64,000 bases of DNA from Octopus vulgaris (taxonomy: Eukaryota): NCBI GenBank assembly GCA_951406725.2, contig OX597820.1:39494001-39558000 (forward strand), read 5' to 3'. Below, piece after piece: positions 23,631 through 36,029 of the stretch. The notes beneath the pieces were generated by a model. The model was given only the letters and a program-made list of their open reading frames with translations, had not been told where the DNA came from and ran no database searches. Every line of letters starts with the position of its first letter. Position 1 is the stretch's first letter. Made by a program: the position numbers and the translations under genes.

Positions 23631-24734
23631 CTGTGTATGTTTGTGTCTTCCTATTGTCCTGACATTGCATGTAACATTGGTAGTGACATTGTGTAGAACG
23701 TGTTATTGTTTAAATCAACTGCAAAATGAAGTATGCAGCTATATCATTTATTTAACATCCATGTTCCATGCTAGTTAAAACAGATTTTTGAAAATGTTCC
23801 CATAACTTGAAACATCATAGATGTATTACCTCTGTTCAGCAAAGAAAGTTTTTGGGCAGTTGCTCAACCTGTTAAAAATAGCAGCCAAATTTTCCTCAAA
23901 TCATACACAATCTTTTTATGAAAATGGCATATTGGACAATGTAACTCTAGGAACACTGTCTGAAAGAACATCAGATGATCAAGACTAAAATACTTTGATC
24001 TCTGGTCTTCTCCATTAGAACTGACATGAAGATAAACAATCAATATTTTCACAAAAGATGTGCTTTATGTTCCTCTGAGAAATTCCATATTCTTACACAA
24101 CCACTATATTGCTGAATTTGAAGTTCAATTTTTTTTTTTTTGTTTCCATAAAATGGAATTTTTATTGTAATCATTTACTAGAAATGGTAGTTTCCTTTGT
24201 AGTAAGTTATCTGGTGCAATACTCTTTTTCACAACTATCCTTTATGCATGGTAGTAACTTCCCACTTTTTACTGAGATTACTTCCACATGTTCCAGTTAG
24301 GGTATGAAGCAGTCCACCACCTGAATGGTGTTTCCTATTAGCACACAACCAAGTACCCCTCATTCATTTTTTTTTTCTACTTTAATGATCGTACATATTG
24401 AGAAACTCTGAATAGCAATGGAGCTAATCAACTTTTCCAAGTTAATAAACTTACTAATGTGTCGGGGTATTTTCTCTGTCATTTGTGCCTCCACATACAC
24501 ACACACACACAATTCTTTTTGGGAACCATTCCTAAAAGAATCATTTCACATTCGCTTGAAGTTTCTGAATTTTTATAACACTAACTACATACACACATGC
24601 ACACTCACATGCATACACACACATATGTACACATACATAGAGAGAGAGAGGGAGGAAGAGAAATATTGGGTACTTGTGAATTAAAACAGCTGCCACTCTT
24701 TTTCAATTTTATGCCGTACATTTTGGTGCAGACT

Positions 24735-25200
24735 GTAGCAGCAGCATAGAATACCTCATTCAAGAATGTGATATTTAGTTAGTTTTTGTTTATGATGGTT
24801 TTGAGGACCATGTTCACCTGGCTTATTTTGTTTTGTTTTGTTTTACTGCTATGAACCTTATGAAGGTCACTGTGAACCTTCATGTCCATATTTTGAACTT
24901 TGATCCATTTAGCCATTATTTGATCTTGAAGTTCTCTCAGGTACCTTGTCTTGTTACCAGTATTATTTATTTTCTCTAAATTGTTGTTAGTCTCTTCAGT
25001 ATGTTCATCTGTAATGGGTTTGATCATCAGGGAGAGTATTTTGGTTGTTTCTGGTTGCGTGTCATGTTTACTTCTTCCAGCAAAGATTTTTTCTTCTATG
25101 ACTCTGGCACAGTTCTTGTCTGTTAATTTGCAAATTGTAAATACTAGGTTGTTTCTTAGATCTAATTTTACATTCTTTTATTTTGTCAATTTTGATATCA
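24735..25200 (-). mobile_element. Decayed R4/Dong-like retroelement N-terminal fragment
   Basis: Minus strand remnant LNEVFYAAATVC and an N/K-rich ORF upstream resemble the R4/Dong N-terminal region. Confidence 0.45.
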
Positions 25201-26115
25201 GTTAATGGTTTTCATCTTATGATATTTCTTTGCACATTTGTAAACTTGTTGCTGTTTAGGTTTAGTCCTATGTTAGGATTTTTATTTTTTCTCCAGTAAG
25301 AGAAAAGAATCCTGATATAGGACAAAGAATCCTTGTTCAGTGTTGAAGCTGTCTTATTATTATTTAAGGCGGTGAGCTGGCACAATTGTTAGCACCTCAG
25401 GCGAGATGATTAGCAGTATTTTGTCTGTGTTTATGTTCTGAGGTTGACTTTGCTTTTCATCCTTTCAGTATTGATAATGTAAGTACCAGTTGCACTCTGG
25501 GGTTGATACAATTGACATATCCTCATCCTTGAAATTGCTGCCCTTGTGGCAAAATTTGAAACCATTATCATTATTATCGTTGTTGTTGTTGTTGTTGTTA
25601 TTTAAGGTTGCAAGCTGGCAGAATCGTTAGCATGCCAGGTGAAATGTTTAGCAGGATTCAGTCTGTCTTTACGTTCTGAGTTCAAATTCTGCTGAGGTCG
25701 ACTTTGCCTTTCATCCTTTCAGGGTCGATAAAATAACTACCAGTTGAACATTGGGGTCGATGTAATCAACTTATCTCCTCCCCCAAAATGGCTGTCCTTT
25801 TTGGCAAAATTTGAAACCATTATTATTATTATTAAGTGGATGGAAGTTACAAAGGTGACTCAAAGACAGAGTTTCATACACAACACTTATCAAACTTGAG
25901 TTACTTCTCTAACTTTATGCCAATTAAAAATAATAATAAAATCTATTTACTCCTGAATTGTATTCTGTTTATCCTGTTTATTAAACCAAATTTATACACA
26001 CACACATACACACTAGGAGAGAAAGAGAGACACAACTTGTTTATTTACTACTTGTTTATTCACTACTACTAGTAAATATGTCATCACTCTCTCTCTTCCC
26101 TCCTCTTTCTTTCCT

Positions 26116-26151
<36 letters not shown>

Positions 26152-26842
26152 AATGTTTATTTGTGAACCATTAAGGCAACTAATCATCTTTAGACAAAAT
26201 ATTTTACTCTGCTTTCCATTTGATTTTTACTTACTATTTTATTGGTACAGACCATTCCTAATTTTCTTAGACACAGCAATGAAAGATCAAAAACTAAATT
26301 CCTTACAGGTGAAACAGTAGAATCTATCAACTCATTCTTTCACTAATTTCTACCTGCCTCCCTCACAACTATCAACAAATGTTTCCAACCAATCTCAAAA
26401 AGAAGAACAAAAAGAATCTTCCATGAAGAACTGGTATTTTAAATATGTTAAAATAAACAAGGGAAGACATGAATCCCTGTTGGGTTGTTTTCAGCTGAGG
26501 CACAGTAAACAAACACAGATGGTTGTGAAGCTGTATAGGAGAGAGCATCCTAGAGCAGCATGTTTATAGTGAAGTTATTTTTCTATATTAGCAATGCTTA
26601 CTAATAATGATTATAATAAGATTGTGAAATGTATAAACATGACAGCATATCTTAGTTGCCTCCATCTTCCTAAAACTTGCTTTCTACCCATCTGGAAAAA
26701 AAAATGCAAAAAACACAAAAAAATGTTTTGGCACAATAGTTCCTAACCATGGGCTAGTTTCTTGTGAGAAAAATTTTCCATGGGCTGAGAGATCATGCAC
26801 ATAATAAATTGCATATCATATAATTTAATTATCACATATATA

Positions 26843-27566
26843 TGAGGTGTTTAGTAACAGACTGTCGTAAGTGCCACAACTTAAAAACCAAGAAAAAATG
26901 CAGTCAAAGTTTTGTGAATTTCAGAATGTGATATTTTGGCAAGGAATGAAGTTAAGAAGCTGGGTTTGGTCTTAAAATGACCATGAAGACCTCCTCTAGT
27001 CATTCTACCTATGTAAAATTACTTACTTATGTATGCACCTTAAAGAAGAAACAATGACTGCGTCTTTCTCATCTTGTAGAATATACTGGTACTATGAAAT
27101 GGTGTATCGCATTGCATGTTTTAGCTATAATACCTAGAAAAAGCATACAGAGACCCCATCCCCAAAGGTATTGTTTGTGTTTTAATATACCAAGGTAAGT
27201 ATCTTTAAGAGGTAAGTAAGACAAGATAGTAAGATAATAGCTCATTATTGTTACAATGGTGACAAGGAATATTAGAAAATGAGGCATAATGCCTCGAAAA
27301 ACGATACAGGGACCACACCAAAGTTATTGATTAAGCGTATGTGCTTACAATGGTGTATTACTAAACTCTCTGGCCCAAGTTTGGGCGAGCAAGCAATGTG
27401 TCAATAGTGTTGAGGTACAAATTTTTTTCAGCCGGATTTTCGACCTTATTGCAAGCCTCACCAGTTCTTCCAACATTTGCGGATTCTAGATGTTGAGACA
27501 AAATAATATACTAACTTTGAAAATGGCCAGGGTGGTGCTTACGACATTCTGTTACTAAACACCTCA
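26843..27566. mobile_element. Non-autonomous Tc1/mariner-type element
   Basis: 35-bp TIRs tgaggtgtttagtaacaga(c/a)tgtcgtaag..ccac, TA target duplication on both sides, no transposase ORF. Confidence 0.85.
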
Positions 27567-27940
27567 TATATAATGCAAAACCACCCTGCAGCAGTGCACT
27601 ACAACTGCTATGCTGCTAGGTGTGCCACAGTGTAACCCGAATGTAATTTTTCCCCTATACTTTTAGTTTAATGTGTGCTGTCGAATTTTGAAAAGAATAT
27701 AAGTGTACTGCCCTACAGACAGGCATTAGTCAATTAAACAGAAATATTAAAATACTTATTCTTTCTGTGTAGCCTAGTACCAAATATTCCATAGCCTGGT
27801 ATTGGTCTTTAGACCATTACTTTGGGTACCCTAGTCTAGCAGATAAATCACAAATAATTTAATATTTAATTTGCTTGAATAGTATTTTCCTGCTGCAACA
27901 ATGATAATTAGCTGACATTCAATGATTAATATTTTCCTAG

Positions 27941-28250
27941 ATTCACTAATTAAAATCCAGAAAATGGAGAAGTAGTGTTAATATAATTTATTAACAGCAA
28001 AATTTCAACATGTTCACTTATAACTGTTTCGATTTTGCCCAAAAGAATTAAGTCTGTTGAGATGTTTTGGAAGAATAACATGTAATAACCTAATGATATA
28101 TCTATTTTACTCCTCTGACAAGGTTTTGCCTAATAAAATGTTTTAATTACTAGAATTTAATTCTTATGGGCAAAATTGAAATAGCTGTAAGTGAACATGT
28201 TGAATTTTTTTGCAGTTAATACATTATATTTTCTGGATTTTAATTTGAAT
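27941..28250. mobile_element. Inverted-repeat element with a decayed hammerhead motif
   Basis: Arms ~27941-28055 / ~28150-28250. ctgacaa (28115) - ggttttgcct...gggcaaaatt - gaaatagctgta (28178-28189). Confidence 0.55.
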
Positions 28251-29239
28251 ATTTATAAACCAAGATTTATATTTAAACCTACTATTTTAGAAATATTACT
28301 ATTCCCAACAAAATAATAGGTAACAAACCAGTAATTCATTGGATATATGCTATCCCTTGAGGTGGTTTTTTTAAATCTCTTTTCATACATACATACATAT
28401 ATTCTTTTTGCTTAGGCATGGGAGTACTAATAACCTGGTGTTAGAACTCAGTATACATATGCTTCAGAAAAAATGCATTAGTTGAGTACAGAGCATAATA
28501 AGGTATATAAATGACAAGGGAACAAGAAATTATGTAATGTACTCCATTAGCTTACAACTGTTTCTGTTATAAGATGCAATACACTTGTAGTTCAGTGTTC
28601 ATATATCACCTTATAGCAGAAACAGTTGAAGATTATTACACACACACATTAGAGTAAAAAAAAATACTACTCAAAATATTTCACTGACATGTCAACAAAA
28701 TTACATTAATGACGACAGAACTGTTTGCTGTTCTATAGCGTTGATTGTTCTACAGCAATTTTTTTTTTAATCTTCTACTTATTTTTAACGTTATTTCAAA
28801 CTTCATCAGTTATAGTCACATCTGAGAAAGAAGAATCAAATAAAAACACCAAAGAAAACATTCCATATCAACTAGAGTTTTAAAATATTATTAAAAAAAA
28901 AATCTTTCTTTCTTGTTCTCTCCCTCTTTCTCCTCTTTATCTTTCATGTTAAAAATTATTAAAATTATTGGAAATTTATTGTTTACAAAAGAAGATTAAA
29001 GGCATATGAAAAAACAAAGAATTATGGTTTGTTCTTTATGTTGAATGATTTAGTTGTTTTCCTCTCTTTTTCTCTCACTTCTGTAAAATGTTAATATATT
29101 TTTGAGGATGAATATTAAAAAATGAATAATGAAAAATGACATTCCCAAAGTCTTTGTTTATTTCTTATATGCATACATACATCTATATCTATCTCTGTCT
29201 TTTTGTCTGCCTGTCTGTCTGTGTGTGTGTCCCTCTCTC

Positions 29240-29281
<42 letters not shown>

Positions 29282-29879
29282 CTGTCTATCTAACTCTATA
29301 CACTCACATATGTATATGTATATTTGTGTATGTATTATATATCCTTGTGTCGTATGTGTTGTAAAATTCAAGTTGACTGCTACCTTGTAATAAATACAAC
29401 ACTACACTCCATATTGAGTCTCTCCATAAGTAAATGTTCTGCTGCTATGTTTAAACTAGCTTTGAAATAATGTTACATAATCATCATCCGTTTTGCATGC
29501 TGGTATGGGTTGTGAGTAGGTCAAGTAAGCTGCTGTCTCTGGCCGGTGGTTTTCCAGCACTGAGGACAGGAAATTATCCAGAAACTATCAGTCTGTTGGT
29601 ACTGCTAGTGGCTAGGAGGGAGTAGTATGCTCCCTTGCCCACACTGTACCTCAGACACAGATTCTGTGTCAATAATCAGCTGGAAAAGATGTTTTCCTGG
29701 GGTTAAAGGGTAGTAGCCAATGTAAGGTGGCAAACAGATTTTACTATGCAGTATAGTTATTACTTAGATTTCATACAGAGATTTAACACTATATTTGTGC
29801 GTGTGTGTACTAGGTGTCCAACCCTCTATCACTACTGCTATTTTTTTAACTGCTGACTTGGGTTATAAAGTTGGCCTAA

Positions 29880-30720
29880 AGATCTTCAATAGGGTTCCAT
29901 GCCCTGAGATCTGGTAGTTATTAAGGAAACTAGGAGGGATGGCTTGTTAGAGCCATACATGACATATTAGGAAGTGAAGTGAGAGATGAGTTCTGTTTTG
30001 AATTTAGCATGCAGGTAGGATTCAATCAAGGTTCAGTTCATCCCCTTATCCCATCTGTTTGTTATAGTCTTTTTAGCTTTATTGGATTAGTTTAAAATGA
30101 GATGTGCGTAAAATCTACCATACGTTGATGAGCTAACTCTTAATGCTGAGCCTGTGGCAGATTTAGTGTAGAAATTCCAGATATGGAAGGAAATGCAGAA
30201 TGGAGAAACAAACTAAATTTAGCAAATACTATGGTGTTAGTAAGTAGGAGACAAAATAGGATGCTCCTACCACCAGGTAAATGACCATTATCAATATGCA
30301 GAAAAAGAGCCGGTAGAGATTTTATATGGTGTATTTATTATAAATTATGGTCACTCAAGGTAGAAAGCAGGCTAGTGGGGTCACAAAAAAGTCTTATTTT
30401 ATACGCAGCAGATGTATAAGGGCAGTAAGCACTCAAAAGGCCAAAGAAATTATATTCCCTCTAGATTCTTTCAAATGTTTAGGAGGATTTTAGAAGTAGC
30501 TCTATGGCTCTTGTTGTCTAGGTGATCCAAATACTAGTGGAGGTAGGAGTAATTTAGACTAGAAAGAAATGAAGCAAACACTCTGAATGCCATATAAAGA
30601 CAGTGAGCATGAACAGAATAAAAATGAGCTGAGAGAAAAGCTGAATAGAAAATCAGATAGAGTGTATGGGAAATCTGTGCTGGTATGGACATGTGATCTA
30701 TATGTGGGATGGTAGTTGTG
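29880..30720 (+). mobile_element. Highly decayed RTE reverse-transcriptase fragment
   Basis: gtaggattcaatcaaggttcagtt...ccatctgtttgttatagtc and ccatacgttgatgagctaact resemble VGxHQGSVLSPLLFVIV and LYADDLVL. Probably continues at ~33147-33300. Confidence 0.55.
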
Positions 30721-31108
30721 TAAAAAGTGCCTTTTTTTTTTTTTACTCTTTTACTTGTTTCAGTCATTTGACTGCGGCCATGCTGGAGCACCACCTTTAG
30801 TCAAGCAAATCGACCCTGGGACTTATTCTTTGTAAGCCTAGTACTTATTCTATCGGTCTCTTTTGCCGAACCGCTAAGTGACGGGGACGTAAACACACCA
30901 GCAATGCTAGGGGGACAAACAGACACAAACACACACACACACATATATACATATACATACATATATACGACAGGCTTCTTTCAGTTTCCGTCTACCAAAT
31001 CCACTCACAAGGCATTGGTCGGCCCGGGGCTATAGCAGAAGACACTTGCCCAAGATGCCACGCAGTGGGACTGAATCCGGAACCATGTGGTTGGTTAGCA
31101 AGCTACTT

Positions 31109-33113
31109 TATTTTATCTAATTTGCCACAGGGGCATTACACAGATGTAGCATTGCGGGCTGGACATAGACATTAATGGTATGAATGATGGTGATGGAACA
31201 ATGATGATGATGGGAGAAGACGAAAGCGCCCGCCGACTTCCGCTTCTCTAAAACAATGTTCTTTTTTCAAAAAATCACAATGAGGCAATAAACCTCTTAC
31301 TCAATATAATACAATGTTCTATTTTTTTCTTTTAAAAACACACAGAAAGTTCAGGTTACCCGGCCGACCAGTGCTCTTGCTTTATTGAAGCACTCACTCG
31401 GTTCCAGGCAAGACCACACAGGTATAAATTTATAGGAGTCCTCCGGGAAAGAATTCACGATCCTGCACAGATCACTATCCCATAGGACCTCCGCAGCCAC
31501 CTGCAAAGGCCACTCAGGGTCCTCCGTGCAGGACCGAAGTCCCTCCCATTGGCCCCTCCTTTCCATTTTCCTTATTTCATTCTCAATGGTTTCTCCTTTG
31601 TGGAAGCGGACCACATATCTATCCTCCGGCGGCACACCCGCCTGAAGAGGCTTGGGAAACGCCGTCCGCGTGTCACAATCTGCCGGTGGCGTCCCGTTTC
31701 TCTTTTTTCTTTTTTTCTTTTTTCCCTGGGCCGCGGGAGGGTGAGGTTCCTGTGGTGCACACAATGGGTCCTCTTCTTCTCCCACAGCTCCTGGGTCTTT
31801 CGGTGGGTCACCATTGTTGCCCACCTTTCTTTTTCGTTTTGAGGATGTAACAACCTCCTCATCATTCTTCTGCTTCTCTCCCTCCATTGGGGGAGCAGGG
31901 AGAGGTTCCACCATTAACTGCTCCAGGATCCTACTTTGGTCCCTGGGGCAGTTCTTAATGTGGCCGGTCTCCAGGTATAATTGACACTTGGGGGGGGGGG
32001 GCGTCCCTCAAGCATCACCGGATACCTGGACTCGGCCATCCTCAAGAAATCTGGGAAAACCAGACTTTCGGCTGATTGGCTCCATAGGGTCAAAACAGCT
32101 TTTGATCCCTCCCAATCAGCCGCAGGCAATACTTTAACATTCAGCAGCTTGGTACTGCTACTACCCAGACCCTGGCGGATAGAGTCCTCTATCCACTCGT
32201 GCTCAATTCCGAGTGGTAGGCCGCAGATCCAAGCTTTCAATAATTTTTTTTCCATATAATTTGGGAGAAACAATATTTCTTTGCCCTCAAGGGGCTGGCT
32301 TGCAAAGTCGCAAGCTTCTTGTGGGGAGTCAAATAGCAACCAGACCATTGCATATTTGACCCCCTGTGAGATAAATTTAATGGCTGGCATGTAGTCCGCC
32401 AGCTCATTCAAAATTGTGGCCTTCGGGAAGACGGCTATGGTGTCGAGCGACTTCAAATACGTTCTTAACACCACGGTCTTCCTTTCCAGCTCTTTTACCC
32501 ATTTCTTGGGAGGTGTCAACACCCACACGAGAAATTCCTTTGTCATTGACACAAAGTTCAATAAAGTTCAAAGTACAAAAATGAATAGGACACAAAAAGG
32601 AGAAGGAAAAACACAACAGAAGAGAAGAAATAAAATAATTAACAGTTCAAAAAAGAGTTCTTTTTTTAAAAATAAATGACAGCTCGAAGAAGAGAGTTCA
32701 AATTCAGACAAAGGAATCAAATTTTTCGGCCGAAAAGGGTACTCCTTGCTAAATGTCCAATTGGTAAATGAATCCAGCAAAACCGACCACAGCACTGGCC
32801 ACCGCCAACGGTAACTTCAACAGCAGCTGTATTGGGTTCCAATCATTCGGACAAGGATACGCCCCTCCACTGTTTTTTTTTCAATAACACAAAAACAGCA
32901 GCCGCCGAGAGCAGGCGAAATTGTCCCAGAGCTGGGCACAATTTACTGAAAAAACAATTCGCACGCAATAAATTATGCCCAGCTCACAACAAAAAAATCA
33001 CTTACCTCGACAACTTTCTCTGTTTTTGTGCCTTTTTCTGTAATTGGATGGAGCTAGCAAGCTCACGTCCACTCTGGTTCAACTGGAAGAAACTGACTAA
33101 CAGTGCATGTGCA
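31109..33113 (-). mobile_element. ORF1-only (HAL1-like) Tx1/L1-type non-LTR element with 14-bp TSD
   Basis: TSD ttagcaagctactt at 31095-31108 and 33114-33127, T-rich 5'UTR, one gag-like ORF1, ~240-nt 3'UTR ending A-rich, no ORF2. Confidence 0.75.
31351..32546 (-). pseudogene. Gag-like ORF1 (~400 aa) with one frameshift in a C12 homopolymer
   Basis: ORFs 31914-32561 and 31351-31914 join if the G12 run at 31990-32001 changes length, giving ...YPVMLEGRPPP-KCQLYLETGHIKNCPRDQSRILEQLMVEP..., a degenerate CCHC knuckle followed by basic NLS-like runs (KRKRK, KKKKRKKR). First ATG at 32546. Confidence 0.7.
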
Positions 33114-34329
33114 TTAGCAAGCTACTTACCACACAGCCACTCCTGCGTCTTGTTATCAAAGTGAATAGAATCTGTGGGAAAAGGAGATTAAAGAAGAGTT
33201 GGAACAAAATGAAGACTGATCTCATAGAGAGAATAACAAAGGGCCATGTTGTACGATGGTGCATAGTAATGAGGAAGACTTATATATCTGTGTAAGCAAG
33301 GAAAAAGTAATGTTTAAAAAGATAGCAGTAGGGATAGAGGGTTGGACACCTAGTATACACACACACACAGAGTTGTAGATCTCTGAATGAGATCTAAGTA
33401 ATAACTATACTGCATAGTAAAATCTATTTGCCAATGTCAGGTGGCAGTCCTGTGTAGGACCATGTTACTACCATTTAACCCCAGGAAAACATCTTTTCCA
33501 GCTGGTTATTGACACACAATCTGTGTCCGAGGTACAGTGTGAGCAAGAGAGTATACTACTCCCTCCTAGCCATAGTGAACTACTTGGTAAAATTTTTAAT
33601 TATTAATTAATTGATTAATTTTACCCTTTATTATTATGGATAATATAATTCTCTCCCTGATTGTAAACTACAGCTTTTTCTGTAGAATTTTACTCATTAG
33701 CACACGTGGGTGAGTGAGGAGGAATATGAGATCTCATTCGTCTGTTTGAATTCAGAAGTACTGGTCAATCCCCCAATTGTAACATTGATTTCAAGGCCTT
33801 CCCATATGAGTGACTGGTTATTGAAAGACATTTATAGATTGTAAATTTATTCTGTCCAGTTACCTATTGGTATAGTGGTCATTTGCAAACTCCAGAGGTG
33901 ACACTTTTATTTCCCCTTAGCCCTCATGTCACGCAGTTGTTAATGTTTGAGTTGGGTCATGCCCTTCCAATTTCTATAGGTCCGTAATGCATCTTACAAC
34001 TGTGCCTGTCTCATGTATGGTGAGGAATCCTACATTGGGGAGTAGTAACAACGAGTGTAGAGTAGCTGACTGCTTATTGTGATCATTCGTCTTTTGGTTT
34101 CCTGTAGCTTTGCTCACTTTTACAAACCCAGTGAACATATATATATATATATATATATATATTACTTATTTCAAAGAAATTCGAACAATAGATATAAGAC
34201 CCAAGTTAAAAAGATTCTCAACAATTCAACTTCTCTGCTTGACATTAAGACACCCACCCCTAATAGGTGCCTTACCTCCCACATTTTAGAGCTCCATGAC
34301 CTCCATTTTACAGGAGCAAAATCCTTTTA

Positions 34330-34560
34330 ACAAGTTCCATAAGACTGGAATATTGGAATCTGCGTGTAAAGATCAGTAGTATGGGATACATGTGTCATGA
34401 TTAGAATTTTTTTGGGGTATGTAAAAAGGAAAAGAACCCTCATCTGCAATTTTGATGAAATTCGAATCATAGGTATTCCAGTTCATTAGAGAAAATATAA
34501 CAGAAAAGTCTAATTCGTCAATTGCATGTAACACAGGCAATGCCGAGTATCTCTGCTAGT
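34330..34560 (-). mobile_element. Helentron-type non-autonomous element end
   Basis: Ends ...ggcaatgccgagtatctctgctagt (ACTAG terminus on -), typical of HINE-like elements. Confidence 0.45.
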
Positions 34561-34844
34561 GTGTGTGTGTGTATATATTTATATATATATATATCATCGT
34601 TTAGCGTCTGCTTTCCATGCTAGCATGGGTTGGACGGTTCAACTGGGGTCTGGGAAGCCAGAAGGCTGCACCAGGTCCAGTTTGATTTGGCAATGTTTCT
34701 ACGGCTGGATGCTCTTCCTAACGCCAACCACTCTATGAGTGTAGTGGGTGCTTTTTACGTGCCAGACGAGTCTGGCAAACGGCCACGATCGGATGGTGCT
34801 TTTTATGTGCCACTGGCACAGGGGCCAGGCGAGGCTGGCAACGG

Positions 34845-34879
<35 letters not shown>

Positions 34880-35274
34880 GGTACTGTAAATTTAGAGTGA
34901 ATACTTGATAAGTGTAAGCACCTGTGTATACCAGATAGTGGTAGAGGTGAGAGAGAATATATCAAATAAAATTAAAAACAGAACACAAAGGATATCGCAG
35001 TACATGTGTTTCAAGCTTTATAAACCCCCTTTTAAAAAAAAAATTCTTTAAAAAACTTTTAAATATATAGAACTCAATCTTTGGATAATAGTATATTAAA
35101 TTATATTAAATTATTAAATTATAACTGTTATGTACTCAAAAACAAGACAGACACTTATAAGATGTAATGTATGTGTGTATATACATGAATATAAGAGCGT
35201 GAATGTGTGCGGATATTGTACATGGGGATATATATATGTATATATGTTTATGTTTATGTATGTGTATATATGTG

Positions 35275-35307
<33 letters not shown>

Positions 35308-36029
35308 ATAAAGATATGCATGTGTTTGTGTGTGTGTATAGATATCTATATCTGTACATATGCTTAAGGATATAGTAGTGTATGTACTTGTTTACTAGGG
35401 TTTAACTGTAGATATGTGTGGAGATATTTGTGTAATTCCATGTATTTAATGCTGTGTATTTAATGAGGCATACTTGTATATGCTCCAGCATGTTAGCTTA
35501 TATATATGTGTATGAGTACGTGTATATACATATACTATAAACTTATAAAGCTAGTAAATTTTAGTGGCGGGGCTTGTGTAAACTGACCATTCATCACAAC
35601 GATATCAAATTACAACCTCAACAAGCTGTGGAAATTAAGAAGTTATTTATGACCACCAACATCCCATCAAAGCCAAAATCTTATTTTCAGCCCTTTAGTA
35701 TCTTATCTCTTTATCTCCTACTCTACCTTACATTCTCAATTCTTTTGTTTTTATCTTTTTTTGTTACTTTATTCTTATTTGGCTAATTCTTATTTATATG
35801 TGGTTCTAACTTTATTATCCTTACACACACACACGATAGAAAAACTGTAGTAAGACTAACTGCAATTACTCTTTCTTTCCCAAGATTTTATAGAAGTTAC
35901 CTCCCTTACATTTTGCCTTCAGAATTCAAACGTCGGTGAAATTCATATTTATTTACCATATTGAAAATCTCAATTAATCGAAGCTTTTTGGCTTACGCTG
36001 TAAGTAATTTTAAAAGATGGGGTTATTAT

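Larger units (their letters stand above)
30744..33146 (-). mobile_element. SINE family A copy split by the 31109-33113 insertion
   Basis: Body and tail at 30744-31108, tRNA-like 5' head at 33114-33146; the pieces join into the family consensus. Confidence 0.88.
29609..33572. mobile_element. Composite bounded by ~245-260 bp inverted repeats (29609-29850 / 33312-33572)
   Basis: Left arm tggctaggagggagtagtat...cagctggaaaagatgttttcctggggttaaa...taggtgtccaaccctctatc matches the reverse complement of the right arm. Interior holds a decayed RTE, a SINE and the ORF1-only element. Confidence 0.75.

Noticed and set aside
26270-26570. Possible exon or ~83-codon open frame downstream of SLC35B3
   Set aside because: No recognisable homology and no consistent splice/ORF structure.
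31990-32001. Programmed ribosomal frameshift in ORF1
   Set aside because: A C12 homopolymer length change (mutation or sequencing error) is the simpler explanation; no X XXY YYZ slippery site with a downstream structure was seen.
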